A stretch of DNA of 64,000 nt from Alphaproteobacteria bacterium (GTDB lineage Bacteria; Pseudomonadota; Alphaproteobacteria; Rhizobiales; JAJFHC01). A program made the translations under genes and the position numbers. Location: contig JAJFHD010000149.1 of assembly GCA_021775805.1 (NCBI GenBank), positions 4,421-68,420 of the forward strand, in the 5' to 3' direction. Of this stretch, positions 1 through 9,886 are shown piece by piece. How positions within the stretch are numbered: position 1 is the stretch's first letter; the number at the start of each line of letters is the position of its first letter. The notes beneath the pieces are model-generated. The model searched no databases, was not told the origin of the DNA, and was given only the letters and a program-made list of their open reading frames with translations.

Positions 1-44
1 CCCGCATCGTAGGTCTCCGGGACGTTGGTTTTATCGTAGTCCAT
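1..44 (-). CDS. 5' end of a CDS running off the left edge (MDYDKTNVPETYDAG...); function not assignable
   Basis: ATG at 42-44 (complement), 46 nt downstream of the sdhB stop, open to the window edge; only 15 codons visible. Confidence 0.3.
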   Translation of the reverse strand, partial: MDYDKTNVPETYDA

Positions 45-90
45 GGTGAAACCACGCGCGTTTCAGGATGCTGCTTTAGCTTTGGTCCCG

Positions 91-870
91 CTAGACCCGC
101 CGTTCGACCATCAGCTTCTTGATTTCCGCAATCGCCTTTGCAGGATTGAGGCCCTTGGGACAGGCCTTGGAACAATTCATGATGGTGTGGCAGCGATAGA
201 GTCTGAAGGGGTCTTCCAGGTTGTCGAGCCGGTCGCCGGTCGCCTCGTCGCGGCTGTCGATTAGCCAGCGGTAGGCCTGCAGCAGAATTGCCGGGCCCAG
301 GTAGCGGTCGCCGTTCCACCAGTAGCTCGGGCATGATGTCGAACAGCAGGCGCACAGGATGCATTCGTACAGCCCGTCGATCTTGGTCCGGTCGTCATGG
401 CTTTGCAGCCATTCGCGCTGGGGTTCGGGCGTTGTCGTCTGCAGCCACGGTTCGATCGAGGCATGCTGGGCATAAAACCGTGTAAGGTCCGGCACCAGAT
501 CCTTGACCACCGGCATGTGCGGCAGCGGATAAATCTTGACCACGCCGTTGACCTCGTCGAGACCGCGCGTGCAGGCCAGGGTGTTGGTGCCGTCGATGTT
601 CATGGCACACGACCCGCAAATCCCCTCGCGGCACGAGCGCCGGAAGGTCAGGGTCGGGTCGATCTCGTTCTTGATCTTGATCAGGCCGTCGAGAATCATC
701 GGCCCGCAGGTATCGGTGTCGATGAAGTAGGTGTCGATCCTCGGGTTCTGGCCATCATCCTGATTCCAGCGATAGATCCGGAATTCGCGCACGTTGGTGG
801 CACCGGAAGGCCGGTCCCAGGTCTTGCCTTCTCCGACTTGCGAGTTTTTTGGCAGTGTCAGTTCAACCAT
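91..870 (-). CDS. sdhB: succinate dehydrogenase iron-sulfur subunit
   Basis: 259 aa; three Fe-S cysteine clusters ([38 protein letters not shown]); last gene of sdhCDAB. Confidence 0.97.
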   Translation of the reverse strand: MVELTLPKNSQVGEGKTWDRPSGATNVREFRIYRWNQDDGQNPRIDTYFIDTDTCGPMILDGLIKIKNEIDPTLTFRRSCREGICGSCAMNIDGTNTLACTRGLDEVNGVVKIYPLPHMPVVKDLVPDLTRFYAQHASIEPWLQTTTPEPQREWLQSHDDRTKIDGLYECILCACCSTSCPSYWWNGDRYLGPAILLQAYRWLIDSRDEATGDRLDNLEDPFRLYRCHTIMNCSKACPKGLNPAKAIAEIKKLMVERRV

Positions 871-918
871 GCCACAGGTCCTTCATTGTAAGGATCGAAT
901 TCATCAGGAACGGCCGCA

Positions 919-2757
919 TCAGTAAACCCGGGCCTTGGGCTCGATATACTGAACGTCGTTGGTCAGCGTGTAGGTGTGCACGGGCCGGTAGTCCAGGCGA
1001 ACCGCCTTGGTGTCGTCGTCGGCCCAGGCAAGGGTGTGCTTCATCCAGTTCTCGTCGTCGCGGTCGGGATAATCTTCGCGCGCATGACCGCCCCGGCTCT
1101 CCTTGCGGTTGACCGCGCCGTCCATGGTGACGGCCGCCTGCATGATCAGATTATCGTACTCCAGAGTCTCGATCAGATCCGAGTTCCAGACCAGCGACCG
1201 GTCGGTCACCTTGACGTCGTCGTTCTTCCAGATGCCGTCTATCAGTTCCTTGCCCTCGTCGAGCACTTCGCCGGTGCGGAAGACGGCGCAATTGCTCTGC
1301 ATGGCGCGCTGCATCTGCAGGCGCAACTGAGCCGTCGACGTACCGCCGTCGGCATAGCGGAACCGGTCGAGCCGTTCCACTGCCAGTTGACCGGCATCGC
1401 TCAGCAGGTCGGCATGGCCCTGGCCCGCCTCCGTGGTCTCGGCAGCCCGCAATCCGGCAGCCCTGCCGAAGACGACAAGGTCGATCAGCGAATTGGAGCC
1501 AAGCCGGTTGGCGCCGTGAACCGAGACGCAGGCCGCCTCGCCGATCGCCATCAGGCCGGGGACCACCGCGTCCGGATCGCCGTTTTTGGGGGCTATGACC
1601 TCGCCGTGATAATTCGTCGGAATGCCGCCCATGTTGTAGTGGACCGTGGGCAGCACCGGGATCGGTTCCTTGGTCACGTCGACGCCGGCGAAGATTCTTG
1701 CCGACTCCGAGATGCCCGGCAGCCGTTCGGCCAGAACCGCGGGGTCAAGGTGGTCCAGGTGCAGGTAGATGTGGTCGTTCTCGGGCCCGACCCCGCGGCC
1801 TTCGCGGATTTCCACCGTCATCGACCGGCTGACCACGTCGCGCGAGGCCAGGTCCTTGGCCGACGGCGCGTAACGTTCCATGAAACGCTCGCCCTCGGAG
1901 TTGACCAGATAGCCGCCCTCGCCGCGCGAGCCTTCGGTGATCAGGCAGCCCGAACCGTAAATGCCGGTCGGGTGGAACTGAACGAACTCCATGTCCTGGA
2001 GCGGCAGGCCGGCACGCAGCGCCATGGCATTGCCGTCGCCAGTGCAGGTGTGCGCCGACGTGCACGAGAAGTAGGTTCGGCCATAACCGCCGGTAGCCAA
2101 AATCGTCTTGTGCCCCCGGAACCGGTGCAGGGTACCATCTTCGAGGCATAACGCCACGACGCCACGGCAGGCACCGTCCTCCATGATCAGGTCGATGGCG
2201 AAATACTCAATGAAGAATTCTGCCGTGTAGCGCAGGGCCTGACCGTAGAGCGTGTGGAGGATGGCGTGACCGGTCCGATCGGCCGCGGCACAGGTCCGTT
2301 GCGCCGTGCCTTCGCCGTAGTTCGTGGTCATGCCGCCGAACGGGCGCTGGTAGATCTTGCCCTCTTCGGTGCGGCTGAAAGGCACGCCGAAATGTTCGAG
2401 CTCGTAGACCGCAGCCGGGGCTTCCCGACACAGATACTCGATCGCATCCTGATCACCCAACCAGTCCGAACCCTTGACGGTATCGTACATGTGCCAGCGC
2501 CAGTCGTCCTCGCCCATGTTGCCGAGCGATGCCGAAATACCGCCCTGGGCCGCCACCGTATGACTGCGGGTCGGAAAAACTTTTGAGATGCAGGCGGTCT
2601 TCAGACCGGCCTGGGAACACCCCAGCGTCGCCCGCAATCCTGCGCCGCCGGCACCAACCACCAGCACATCGTAGCTGTGATCCGTAAACGGATAGGCGTT
2701 GCCGTTGATATTGAACTGCGACGGGCCCGATGCGCCGTTTGCCTTGTTGTTGGCCAT
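919..2757 (-). CDS. sdhA: succinate dehydrogenase flavoprotein subunit
   Basis: 612 aa; FAD fold [13 protein letters not shown], covalent-FAD region SHTVAAQGG, full-length flavoprotein. Confidence 0.97.
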   Translation of the reverse strand: MANNKANGASGPSQFNINGNAYPFTDHSYDVLVVGAGGAGLRATLGCSQAGLKTACISKVFPTRSHTVAAQGGISASLGNMGEDDWRWHMYDTVKGSDWLGDQDAIEYLCREAPAAVYELEHFGVPFSRTEEGKIYQRPFGGMTTNYGEGTAQRTCAAADRTGHAILHTLYGQALRYTAEFFIEYFAIDLIMEDGACRGVVALCLEDGTLHRFRGHKTILATGGYGRTYFSCTSAHTCTGDGNAMALRAGLPLQDMEFVQFHPTGIYGSGCLITEGSRGEGGYLVNSEGERFMERYAPSAKDLASRDVVSRSMTVEIREGRGVGPENDHIYLHLDHLDPAVLAERLPGISESARIFAGVDVTKEPIPVLPTVHYNMGGIPTNYHGEVIAPKNGDPDAVVPGLMAIGEAACVSVHGANRLGSNSLIDLVVFGRAAGLRAAETTEAGQGHADLLSDAGQLAVERLDRFRYADGGTSTAQLRLQMQRAMQSNCAVFRTGEVLDEGKELIDGIWKNDDVKVTDRSLVWNSDLIETLEYDNLIMQAAVTMDGAVNRKESRGGHAREDYPDRDDENWMKHTLAWADDDTKAVRLDYRPVHTYTLTNDVQYIEPKARVY

Positions 2758-2765
2758 GATTCCGT

Positions 2766-3146
2766 TCAGCCTCCCAGGCCAAGTTTAAGCACCGCAAACC
2801 CGCATGCCAGGGCCATCGCGATACTGAAAAACGTATTGCCCATGATGCAAAGAACCTTGAGGCCTTCGCCGTGAACATAGTCTTCGATGATGACCTGCAT
2901 GCCGAGCCGCATGTGGAAAATCCCGCAGCCGATGAAAAGCAGCATGGCAATCGCGACAAGCGGGTTGCCCAGGTAAGCCGTTACCGACTCGTAACTGCCG
3001 CCGGCATTGATCACCACCGAGACCAGGAAAAAAAGCACCAATGGGATGTTGGCGACCGCCGTCACCCGCTGCAGCCAGAAATGATCCGATCCGGACTTGG
3101 CCGATCCCAGGCCCCGAACGGCACTCAATGGCGTCCGCATGTTCAT
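2766..3146 (-). CDS. sdhD: succinate dehydrogenase membrane anchor subunit
   Basis: 126 aa from the ATG at 3146, 2 nt after the sdhC stop; hydrophobic three-helix protein in the sdhCDAB position; longer ORF start (3182) rejected. Confidence 0.85.
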   Translation of the reverse strand: MNMRTPLSAVRGLGSAKSGSDHFWLQRVTAVANIPLVLFFLVSVVINAGGSYESVTAYLGNPLVAIAMLLFIGCGIFHMRLGMQVIIEDYVHGEGLKVLCIMGNTFFSIAMALACGFAVLKLGLGG

Positions 3147-3148
3147 GA

Positions 3149-3553
3149 TCAGCTCCCTTTCATGGCATAACCGACGATCCACACGAGGATCGTCAGGGCC
3201 ACCGATGATACCAGCATCAGTTTCGCCACACGTTCGACGGTCGGCAGTTCAAAGCCGCGTCCGGTATCCCACACCAGATGGCGCAGGCCGCCGAGCATGT
3301 GATGGATCAGCGCCCAGGTATAGCCCAGCAGGATGATCCGGCCGATGATCGAGCCCATGAAACCCTGCACCGCCTCGAACGCCGCCGGACCGCTTGCCGC
3401 CGCCAGCAGCCACCATGCCAGCAGCACGGTTCCAAAAAACAAGGCGGCGCCGGTCATGCGATGGACAATCGACAACATCATCGTCAGCATCGGGCTGTAG
3501 ATTTGAAGGTGCGGAGAGAGTGGTCGTTCCACTGCGGTCTTTGAATCCGTCAT
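3149..3553 (-). CDS. sdhC: succinate dehydrogenase cytochrome b556 subunit
   Basis: 134 aa; [10 protein letters not shown] motif and three TM helices; first gene of the sdh operon. Confidence 0.9.
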   Translation of the reverse strand: MTDSKTAVERPLSPHLQIYSPMLTMMLSIVHRMTGAALFFGTVLLAWWLLAAASGPAAFEAVQGFMGSIIGRIILLGYTWALIHHMLGGLRHLVWDTGRGFELPTVERVAKLMLVSSVALTILVWIVGYAMKGS

Positions 3554-3668
3554 TTCATTGCCCTTTGTCCCGGCCGCTTCAAAGATGGAATCATCTCAGA
3601 TGGTCACTGTACTTTGTAGAACGTGGCTTGGCGGAACGCAAACCGGCGACCGCAGCCCATCAAACCCG

Positions 3669-4721
3669 TTATTTTGGCATTAAAACCCAATAGTCCAGTT
3701 CCAGAACGACACCGTCGTCAAATCCCGCTTCGGCACGTCCGGGAAACCCTGAACAGTCTAGATCTTTTACAGCGGTTGTCACCACACGCAACGCACCAAC
3801 GTCATCGCGTCCCGGCACATCGGCCTTGTCGCTGATCGCACTCCAGGCATAGACCGTATCGCCCGCAAAACACGGCGCCACATGGCGGCCCGCATTGATC
3901 GCCGCCACGTGAAAGCCGTTGCCGAGGCCATTGAAACTGAGGGCGCGGGCCAGGGAAATGATGTGCCCGCCATAGATCAGCCGCCGACCGAACCGGCCCT
4001 GGCCTTCCGTATGCTGGTTGAAATGCACTTTGGCCGTGTTCTGGTAGAGCCTCGCGGCCATCATGTGTTCGGCTTCTTCGATCGTCATGGCATCCACGTG
4101 GTCAATCTTTTCGCCGACCTCGTAATCGCCCCACAGGTGACCGCTGCCCGCCAGAACCCTGTCGTAGGCCGAGCCAGTAATCCGCGGCAGCGCATCGCCC
4201 AGATTTTCCGGCGCGACGCTCTCGGGCAGGTCGGGTACGACCGCGTCTGGTGCGGCCGACGCCGGATCGCTCTTGCGCACCATCACCCAGCGCACATAGT
4301 CCAGAACCGTCTCGCCGCGCTGGTTGGTGCCGGTGGACCGGACGTAAACCACACCGGTCTTTCCGTTGGAGTTTTGCTTGACGCCCAGGACCGTGGATGT
4401 GCTTGAAAGCGTGTCGCCGGTAAACACCGGTTTCAGAAACCGGCAGTCGGCATACCCCAGGTTGGCCACCGCATTGAGCGAAATATCCGCCACGGTCTTG
4501 CCGAACACGATATGAAACACCAGCATGTCGTCGACCGGGGAACGGTCAAGACCGATGGCTTGCGCAAACGCGTCGGACGACTGCACGGCAAAACGCGGCC
4601 CGTAGAGACTGGTGTAGAGCGCCACATCCCCCGCCGTCACCGTACGCGGCGTGGCATGCCGGATGATCTGTCCAGGATGGAAGTCTTCAAAAAAATTACC
4701 GGGGTTTGTCTTTGTCGCCAC
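3669..4721 (-). CDS. MaoC-family double hot-dog enoyl-CoA hydratase (mesaconyl-/itaconyl-CoA hydratase-like)
   Basis: 350 aa from the GTG at 4721, 1 nt after the upstream stop; two MaoC-like halves; the 66-codon upstream extension overlaps the neighbouring gene and was rejected. Confidence 0.75.
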   Translation of the reverse strand: MATKTNPGNFFEDFHPGQIIRHATPRTVTAGDVALYTSLYGPRFAVQSSDAFAQAIGLDRSPVDDMLVFHIVFGKTVADISLNAVANLGYADCRFLKPVFTGDTLSSTSTVLGVKQNSNGKTGVVYVRSTGTNQRGETVLDYVRWVMVRKSDPASAAPDAVVPDLPESVAPENLGDALPRITGSAYDRVLAGSGHLWGDYEVGEKIDHVDAMTIEEAEHMMAARLYQNTAKVHFNQHTEGQGRFGRRLIYGGHIISLARALSFNGLGNGFHVAAINAGRHVAPCFAGDTVYAWSAISDKADVPGRDDVGALRVVTTAVKDLDCSGFPGRAEAGFDDGVVLELDYWVLMPK

Positions 4722-4722
4722 T

Positions 4723-5616
4723 TTACCGTGCCTCGACCGAAAGGGATTTCCGTTCGGCGATCGCCTCGGCAACCGCGACTGTCTTCTTGGCCATTTCCAC
4801 ATGCAGGAGTTCGACCATACGCCCGTCCACCCTGATGGCGCCCTTGTTGGCATTCTCCGGCAGGTCGAAGGCATCGACCACGGCGCGGGCAAAGGACACC
4901 TCTTCGGGCAACGGCGCAAAGACCTCGTTGGCCGGTTCGATCTGGCGTGGATGGATCAGCGTCTTGCCGTCAAACCCCAGGGTCCGGCCCTGTTCGCATT
5001 CGCGCCTGAACCCCTTGCCGTCGCCGATGTCGTTGAACACGCCATCCAGGATGACAAGACCGTAGGCCCTGGCCGCGGCAACACAGATCGATAGCCACGA
5101 CACCATCGCCATGCGCCCGGCAGTCACCAGCGCGCCGGTCTCCATGGCCAGGTCGTTGGTGCCCATGACCCAGCCGGAAAGACGCGTGGTTTCGCTGGTT
5201 GCCGCGATTTCGCGGGCGTTGAGGATACCGAGCGGTTCTTCCATCATCGCCCACAGGCCAATATTCCCGTCGCTGTCGACGGCGTCGAGCATGTGCGATG
5301 CCCGTTCCACGTCGAGTGCGCAATTGACTTTCGGCACCAGGATCACATGCGGGTTGGCCTCGGCCGCGTCACGCATGTCGTCGACACCCCATTGGGTGTC
5401 GAGCCCGTTGATCCGAACGATCAGTTCGCGGTCCCCGTAGGCACCGCTGCGCACCGCTTCACAAATCTGTTTGCGGGCAGTGACTTTCGCATCGGGCGCC
5501 ACGGCATCTTCCAGATCGAAGATTATGCAGTCGGCCGGCAGTTGCTTGGCCTTTTCAAGAGCCCGGAGATTGGAGCCGGGCATGTACAGAACGCTCCGGC
5601 GCAAGTTGATAGACAT
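4723..5616 (-). CDS. CoA-ester lyase, HpcH/CitE (malyl-/citramalyl-CoA lyase) family
   Basis: 297 aa; YMPGSN, IFDLEDAV and the C-terminal CitE-like region. Confidence 0.8.
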   Translation of the reverse strand: MSINLRRSVLYMPGSNLRALEKAKQLPADCIIFDLEDAVAPDAKVTARKQICEAVRSGAYGDRELIVRINGLDTQWGVDDMRDAAEANPHVILVPKVNCALDVERASHMLDAVDSDGNIGLWAMMEEPLGILNAREIAATSETTRLSGWVMGTNDLAMETGALVTAGRMAMVSWLSICVAAARAYGLVILDGVFNDIGDGKGFRRECEQGRTLGFDGKTLIHPRQIEPANEVFAPLPEEVSFARAVVDAFDLPENANKGAIRVDGRMVELLHVEMAKKTVAVAEAIAERKSLSVEAR

Positions 5617-5751
5617 GCAGCGATTATTCCTCTTTTGCGACGCGACATTAAGCGATTGCGCAGCACCAATCCATAAAACTTTCGATCACCCTCTCTCTAC
5701 AACCTCGCAAGCGCTTGCGGGCTTGCGCAGAAAGGTGGATCATCATTTTCA

Positions 5752-6582
5752 ATGAAGACCGTATTGTCCATATCTTCCCAGGTGGTGCGCGGCCATGTGG
5801 GCAATTCGGCAGCTGTTTTTGCGCTCCAGATGCAAGGCTACGACGTCTGGCCGGTCCCCACGATCATCTTGTCGAACCATCCCGGCCATGGCGCGACGGC
5901 AGGCGAACGGATCAGGCCGGAGCGCATGGCGGACATGATCTCAGCCCTTGAGGACCACGGCTGGCTCGAGGAGGTCGATGCCGTATTGACAGGCTACATC
6001 GCCGACGCCGCCCAAGTCCCGGTCATCGTCGACACGATAACCAAGCTGAGAGCCCGCAAACCGGAAACTCTCTATTGCTGCGATCCGGTCTTGGGAGATC
6101 ACGGCAAGGGTCTTTACGTCCCCCTCGAGGTTGCCGAAGCCATACGGCACGGGCTCGTGCCGCTGGCCGATGTCGTCACGCCCAATCTCTTTGAACTCGG
6201 GTACATCACGAACACGGAATCGGAATTTCCGGATCTCAAGGCCGTCACCACGAAGGCCCGGAGCCTGAACGCTGACCATGTTCTCGTGACTTCGGCCCAG
6301 GAAACTGCAGCTGGCGACATCCAGAACCTGTTTGTGACCCCCGGCGGTGCTTTCGTTGCCCACGTCCGCCGCCTTGCCGGCGTCCCCAACGGCACCGGCG
6401 ACCTGATGGCGGCGCTGATGCTCGCCTGCCGTCTCGAAGACTTGGCCGACCGGACGGCCATCGACACTTGCACGGGTGCCGTCGGGGCGGTTATCGGCCT
6501 TTCGATGGACGCGGGAACAAACGAACTTGAACTGGTCGCAAGCCGGAACCGGTTGCCTGTGAAATCACAACAGACTGAGTAA
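5752..6582 (+). CDS. pdxY: pyridoxal kinase
   Basis: 276 aa; N-terminus SISSQVVRGHVGNSAAVFALQ and ribokinase-family GTGD motif. Confidence 0.85.
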   Translation: MKTVLSISSQVVRGHVGNSAAVFALQMQGYDVWPVPTIILSNHPGHGATAGERIRPERMADMISALEDHGWLEEVDAVLTGYIADAAQVPVIVDTITKLRARKPETLYCCDPVLGDHGKGLYVPLEVAEAIRHGLVPLADVVTPNLFELGYITNTESEFPDLKAVTTKARSLNADHVLVTSAQETAAGDIQNLFVTPGGAFVAHVRRLAGVPNGTGDLMAALMLACRLEDLADRTAIDTCTGAVGAVIGLSMDAGTNELELVASRNRLPVKSQQTE

Positions 6583-6585
6583 CGC

Positions 6586-6612
6586 CCTTGTCGGCTGTTC
6601 GCGCCGACAAGG
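6586..6612. terminator. hairpin between convergent pdxY and asd
   Basis: Perfect 10-bp stem CCTTGTCGGC / GCCGACAAGG with a 7-nt loop; no U-tract on either strand. Confidence 0.4.
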
Positions 6613-6635
6613 AGTCCATCAAATGCCGTGCAGCC

Positions 6636-7673
6636 TCAGGCCGCCTGCTTGATCAGCCGGCGGTTGATCAGGGTTTCGGCAATCTGCACCGTGTTCAACG
6701 CAGCACCCTTGCGCAGGTTGTCGGAGACCACCCACATGTTGATGCCGTTGTCGATCGTCGGGTCGTCACGGATCCGGCTGATGAAGGTGGCATAATCGCC
6801 GACACATTCCACCGGCGTCACATAACCGCCGTCCTCAGGCTTGTCGATCACCAGACAGCCCGGCGCTTCCCGCAGGATGTCGCGCACGTCGTCGGCGGAG
6901 ATCATGTCTTCGAATTCGATATTGACGGCTTCGGAATGGCCCACGAACACCGGCACACGCACACAGGTCGCCGTCAGCTTGATCTTGGGGTCGAGGATTT
7001 TCTTGGTCTCGGCCATCATCTTCCACTCTTCCTTGGTCGAGCCATCTTCCATGAAGTCATCGATATGCGGAATCACGTTGAAGGCGATCTGCTTGGTAAA
7101 TTTCTGCGGCGTCGCTGAATCGTTGACATAGATTCCCTTGGTCTGGTTGAAAAGTTCATCTGAACCTTCCACGCCCGCACCCGACACCGACTGATAGGTT
7201 GACACAACAACCCGCTTGATCTTCGCCTCGTCGTGAAGCGGCTTCAGCGCCACCACCAGTTGAGCCGTCGAGCAGTTCGGATTGGCAATGATATTGCGCC
7301 GGTCGTTACGGGCCATGTAATCGTCGAGTACATGGGCATTGACCTCCGGCACCACCAGCGGCACATCCGGCTGCATCCGGAACTGGGAAGAATTGTCGAT
7401 CACCAGACACCCGGTCGCGCCAACCTTCGGGCCCCATTCCTTGGACACGGACGCACCTGCGGAAAACAGGGCGAGGTCCGTTCCTGTGAAATCATACTGT
7501 TCAAGGGCTTTGCATTTGAGTGTTTTGTCGCCGTAGGAAACTTCCTTGCCCATGCTTTTGCGCGAGGCAAGCGGCACGATTTCACTGGCCGGGAACTCGC
7601 GTTCCGCCAGGATGTTCAGCATTTCCCGGCCCACCATTCCGGTGGCGCCGACAACAGCGACTTTGTAACTCAT
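6636..7673 (-). CDS. asd: aspartate-semialdehyde dehydrogenase
   Basis: MSYKVAVVGATGMVG NAD fold and active-site region NPNCSTAQ; ATG at 7673 preferred over the TTG at 7688. Confidence 0.93.
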   Translation of the reverse strand: MSYKVAVVGATGMVGREMLNILAEREFPASEIVPLASRKSMGKEVSYGDKTLKCKALEQYDFTGTDLALFSAGASVSKEWGPKVGATGCLVIDNSSQFRMQPDVPLVVPEVNAHVLDDYMARNDRRNIIANPNCSTAQLVVALKPLHDEAKIKRVVVSTYQSVSGAGVEGSDELFNQTKGIYVNDSATPQKFTKQIAFNVIPHIDDFMEDGSTKEEWKMMAETKKILDPKIKLTATCVRVPVFVGHSEAVNIEFEDMISADDVRDILREAPGCLVIDKPEDGGYVTPVECVGDYATFISRIRDDPTIDNGINMWVVSDNLRKGAALNTVQIAETLINRRLIKQAA

Positions 7674-7902
7674 TTTGACGTTTCCCAATGCAAAACCCGC
7701 CGCCCGGCACGATGCCAGGCAGCACGCGATCTGATGTACGCCTTTGTCGGGTGTTTTTCAAGCAAAGCTGGGGGTCCGGGTTGACATCCACGCCGCTTCC
7801 CCGAAGACACCGGGCGCTACCGTGCGTACCCTGAGACACTTGCGTTAATAATGTCTTGGGCACGCACGATCGCACTAGGCAACGTGGGAGTTTATCGTCG
7901 AC

Positions 7903-9228
7903 CTAGTTCGTCGCCAGAAGCGAGGTTGATATCGCCGGAATGTAGGCAATCATCAAGGTTACGATCATCATGAAGAACACGAAGGGCACCGCCTTCACGG
8001 CAATCTTCAGTATAGATTCACCCGTTAGCCCCGACACCACGAATAGGTTGAGCCCCAGTGGTGGCGTTATGAACCCGACACCCAGTGCGGTAATCATCAT
8101 GATGCAGAACTGGATTTCGTGCATGCCGATCTGATCCGCCAGCGGCTTCAGGATCGGCGCCAGGATAACGATGTTCGGCGTCGTCTCCATGACACAGCCG
8201 GCCGCGATCAGGATTCCGATCATCAGCATGATCAGCACATACGGGTTTTCAGTGAGCGACGTAACGGCAAAGACAAAGCCCTGCGGCACACCCAGTGCCG
8301 CCAGCGCCTGAGCCAGGGGCAGCGACATCGCCACGATCGGCAGGATGACACCGTTGACCTTGGCCGAACTGACCATCATCGCCGGGAAATCGCTCAGCTT
8401 GAGCGTCCCCAGGATGAAACCCAGCGCCATGGTCACGACCACGGCGGTGGCACCCGCTTCCGTAGGCGTCAGGCGGCCGGAGAAAATGCCGTAGAAGATA
8501 ATGCCCGGCACCAGGAAAGCATACCAGCCACTCTTTACTGCACGGCCAAGATTAGCAGCCCATTCGGAAAAACTGACCATTCCCCCTGACTCGTAAGCCA
8601 TGCGGCGGTTGACGACGATGTTGGTGACAAGGATCGATCCGAGAATCAGCAGTCCCGGGATCAGGGCGGCCTGAAACAGTGTCGAGGCCGAAATCCCCAG
8701 GACCAGGCCGATGACGATATAGGCGATGGACGGCGGGATCAGGACACCGGTACAGGCACCGGCGGCGACCAGGGCACAGGCGTAGGGCCGCGGATAACCG
8801 CTTTCCACCAGGCGGTCGATGGTCATGCGCCCGACGGCTGCGGCACCGGCTGCATCCGAGCCGGAAATGGCCGAGAACATGCCGCAGACCAGGACCGTCG
8901 CCGATCCGAATCCGCCTTTGGCGAATTGGGTGATCGCGTCGGCGACATCGAGAAATTTTCGGCTGAGACCGGTACGCACGAGAACGTCACCGGTGAGAAT
9001 GAAGAGCGGTACTGCAGTCAGGGCAAAGTGATCGATACCGTCGAACAGGGACTCGCCCAGGAGCGACAGTGGCAGAACTTCCGAGATCACCAGCATGGCT
9101 GTCGCACTCGCCCCGATTGCCGCCCACACGGGCACACCGAGGGCGATCATTCCCAGGAAGATCAGAACCGGACCATAGAAACTCCAGCCAAGCTCGACGA
9201 CAGGTTGTGCAATTTGATTCCAGAGCAT
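7903..9228 (-). CDS. dctM: TRAP transporter large permease
   Basis: 441 aa polytopic membrane protein; follows the small permease by 11 nt. Confidence 0.9.
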   Translation of the reverse strand: MLWNQIAQPVVELGWSFYGPVLIFLGMIALGVPVWAAIGASATAMLVISEVLPLSLLGESLFDGIDHFALTAVPLFILTGDVLVRTGLSRKFLDVADAITQFAKGGFGSATVLVCGMFSAISGSDAAGAAAVGRMTIDRLVESGYPRPYACALVAAGACTGVLIPPSIAYIVIGLVLGISASTLFQAALIPGLLILGSILVTNIVVNRRMAYESGGMVSFSEWAANLGRAVKSGWYAFLVPGIIFYGIFSGRLTPTEAGATAVVVTMALGFILGTLKLSDFPAMMVSSAKVNGVILPIVAMSLPLAQALAALGVPQGFVFAVTSLTENPYVLIMLMIGILIAAGCVMETTPNIVILAPILKPLADQIGMHEIQFCIMMITALGVGFITPPLGLNLFVVSGLTGESILKIAVKAVPFVFFMMIVTLMIAYIPAISTSLLATN

Positions 9229-9239
9229 GTTTTCCCCTC

Positions 9240-9746
9240 CTAATCGAACAGTTTCGCGCCCTCAAAAACCGGTCTCCCGGCGATGAGGTCTGCAACGTCA
9301 CGCTTGAGCGACTGCAGGAGGCGGAAAATCATGAGGCCGAAACCGATGGGAACAGCCATAAGGAACCAGACCATCGACACTCTGAGGCCGTGGCTGACCG
9401 AACCGAACTTCCACGACACGGCCACGGTTTCCCAGGACCAGTAGACGGCAAGCACGGCCACGGCCATCATCACCAGATCGCCGAAAATGTAGAGAAGCGT
9501 CTTGGAGCGGTTCGAGATGTAGTTGAAGATGACATCAATGCGGATATGGGCGCGTTCACGCACAGCCGCAGCAGCCCCGATCCAGGCGAGGTAGATAAAC
9601 GCATAGCGCACGACCTCTTCGCCCCAGATCGACGAATAGGCAAAGATCTCGCGCCGAAGAACCTCGATCGCCATGGTGGCGACCAACAGTATGTAGAACA
9701 CCAGAAGCGCCCAACGTTCGGCATTTTCATTGAGTATTTTGAGCAT
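9240..9746 (-). CDS. dctQ: TRAP transporter small permease
   Basis: 168 aa from the ATG at 9746 (MLKILNENAERW...) with GGAGGA upstream; four TM helices; longer ORF start (9989) overlaps dctP. Confidence 0.8.
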   Translation of the reverse strand: MLKILNENAERWALLVFYILLVATMAIEVLRREIFAYSSIWGEEVVRYAFIYLAWIGAAAAVRERAHIRIDVIFNYISNRSKTLLYIFGDLVMMAVAVLAVYWSWETVAVSWKFGSVSHGLRVSMVWFLMAVPIGFGLMIFRLLQSLKRDVADLIAGRPVFEGAKLFD

Positions 9747-9846
9747 CGCATCCTCCCTCGCTCCCGCCAAAGCCCGTCCCCTGGGCATGGTGGGTTGAAT
9801 GTTCCCGACCGGCTCCGGTGGTTCCTGAGCCTTGATGTGCGGAGAG

Positions 9847-9874
9847 CACCGGGTGCAACGATCTGCACCCGGTG
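9847..9874 (-). promoter_or_regulatory. intercistronic hairpin between dctP and dctQ
   Basis: Perfect 11-bp stem CACCGGGTGCA / TGCACCCGGTG with a 6-nt loop, 13 nt after the dctP stop. Confidence 0.5.
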
Positions 9875-9886
9875 CGTCACGGGAAG

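Noticed and set aside
976-2151. 391-aa ORF antisense to sdhA
   Set aside because: It lies fully inside and opposite a well-supported housekeeping CDS. Its composition is Arg/Ala/Gly-rich, typical of stop-free antisense frames in high-GC DNA.
7695-7735. Imperfect hairpin plus short T-run just upstream of the asd start codon (minus strand)
   Set aside because: The stem has two mismatches in 11 pairs, and its position would leave no room for an asd promoter. It is probably fortuitous.
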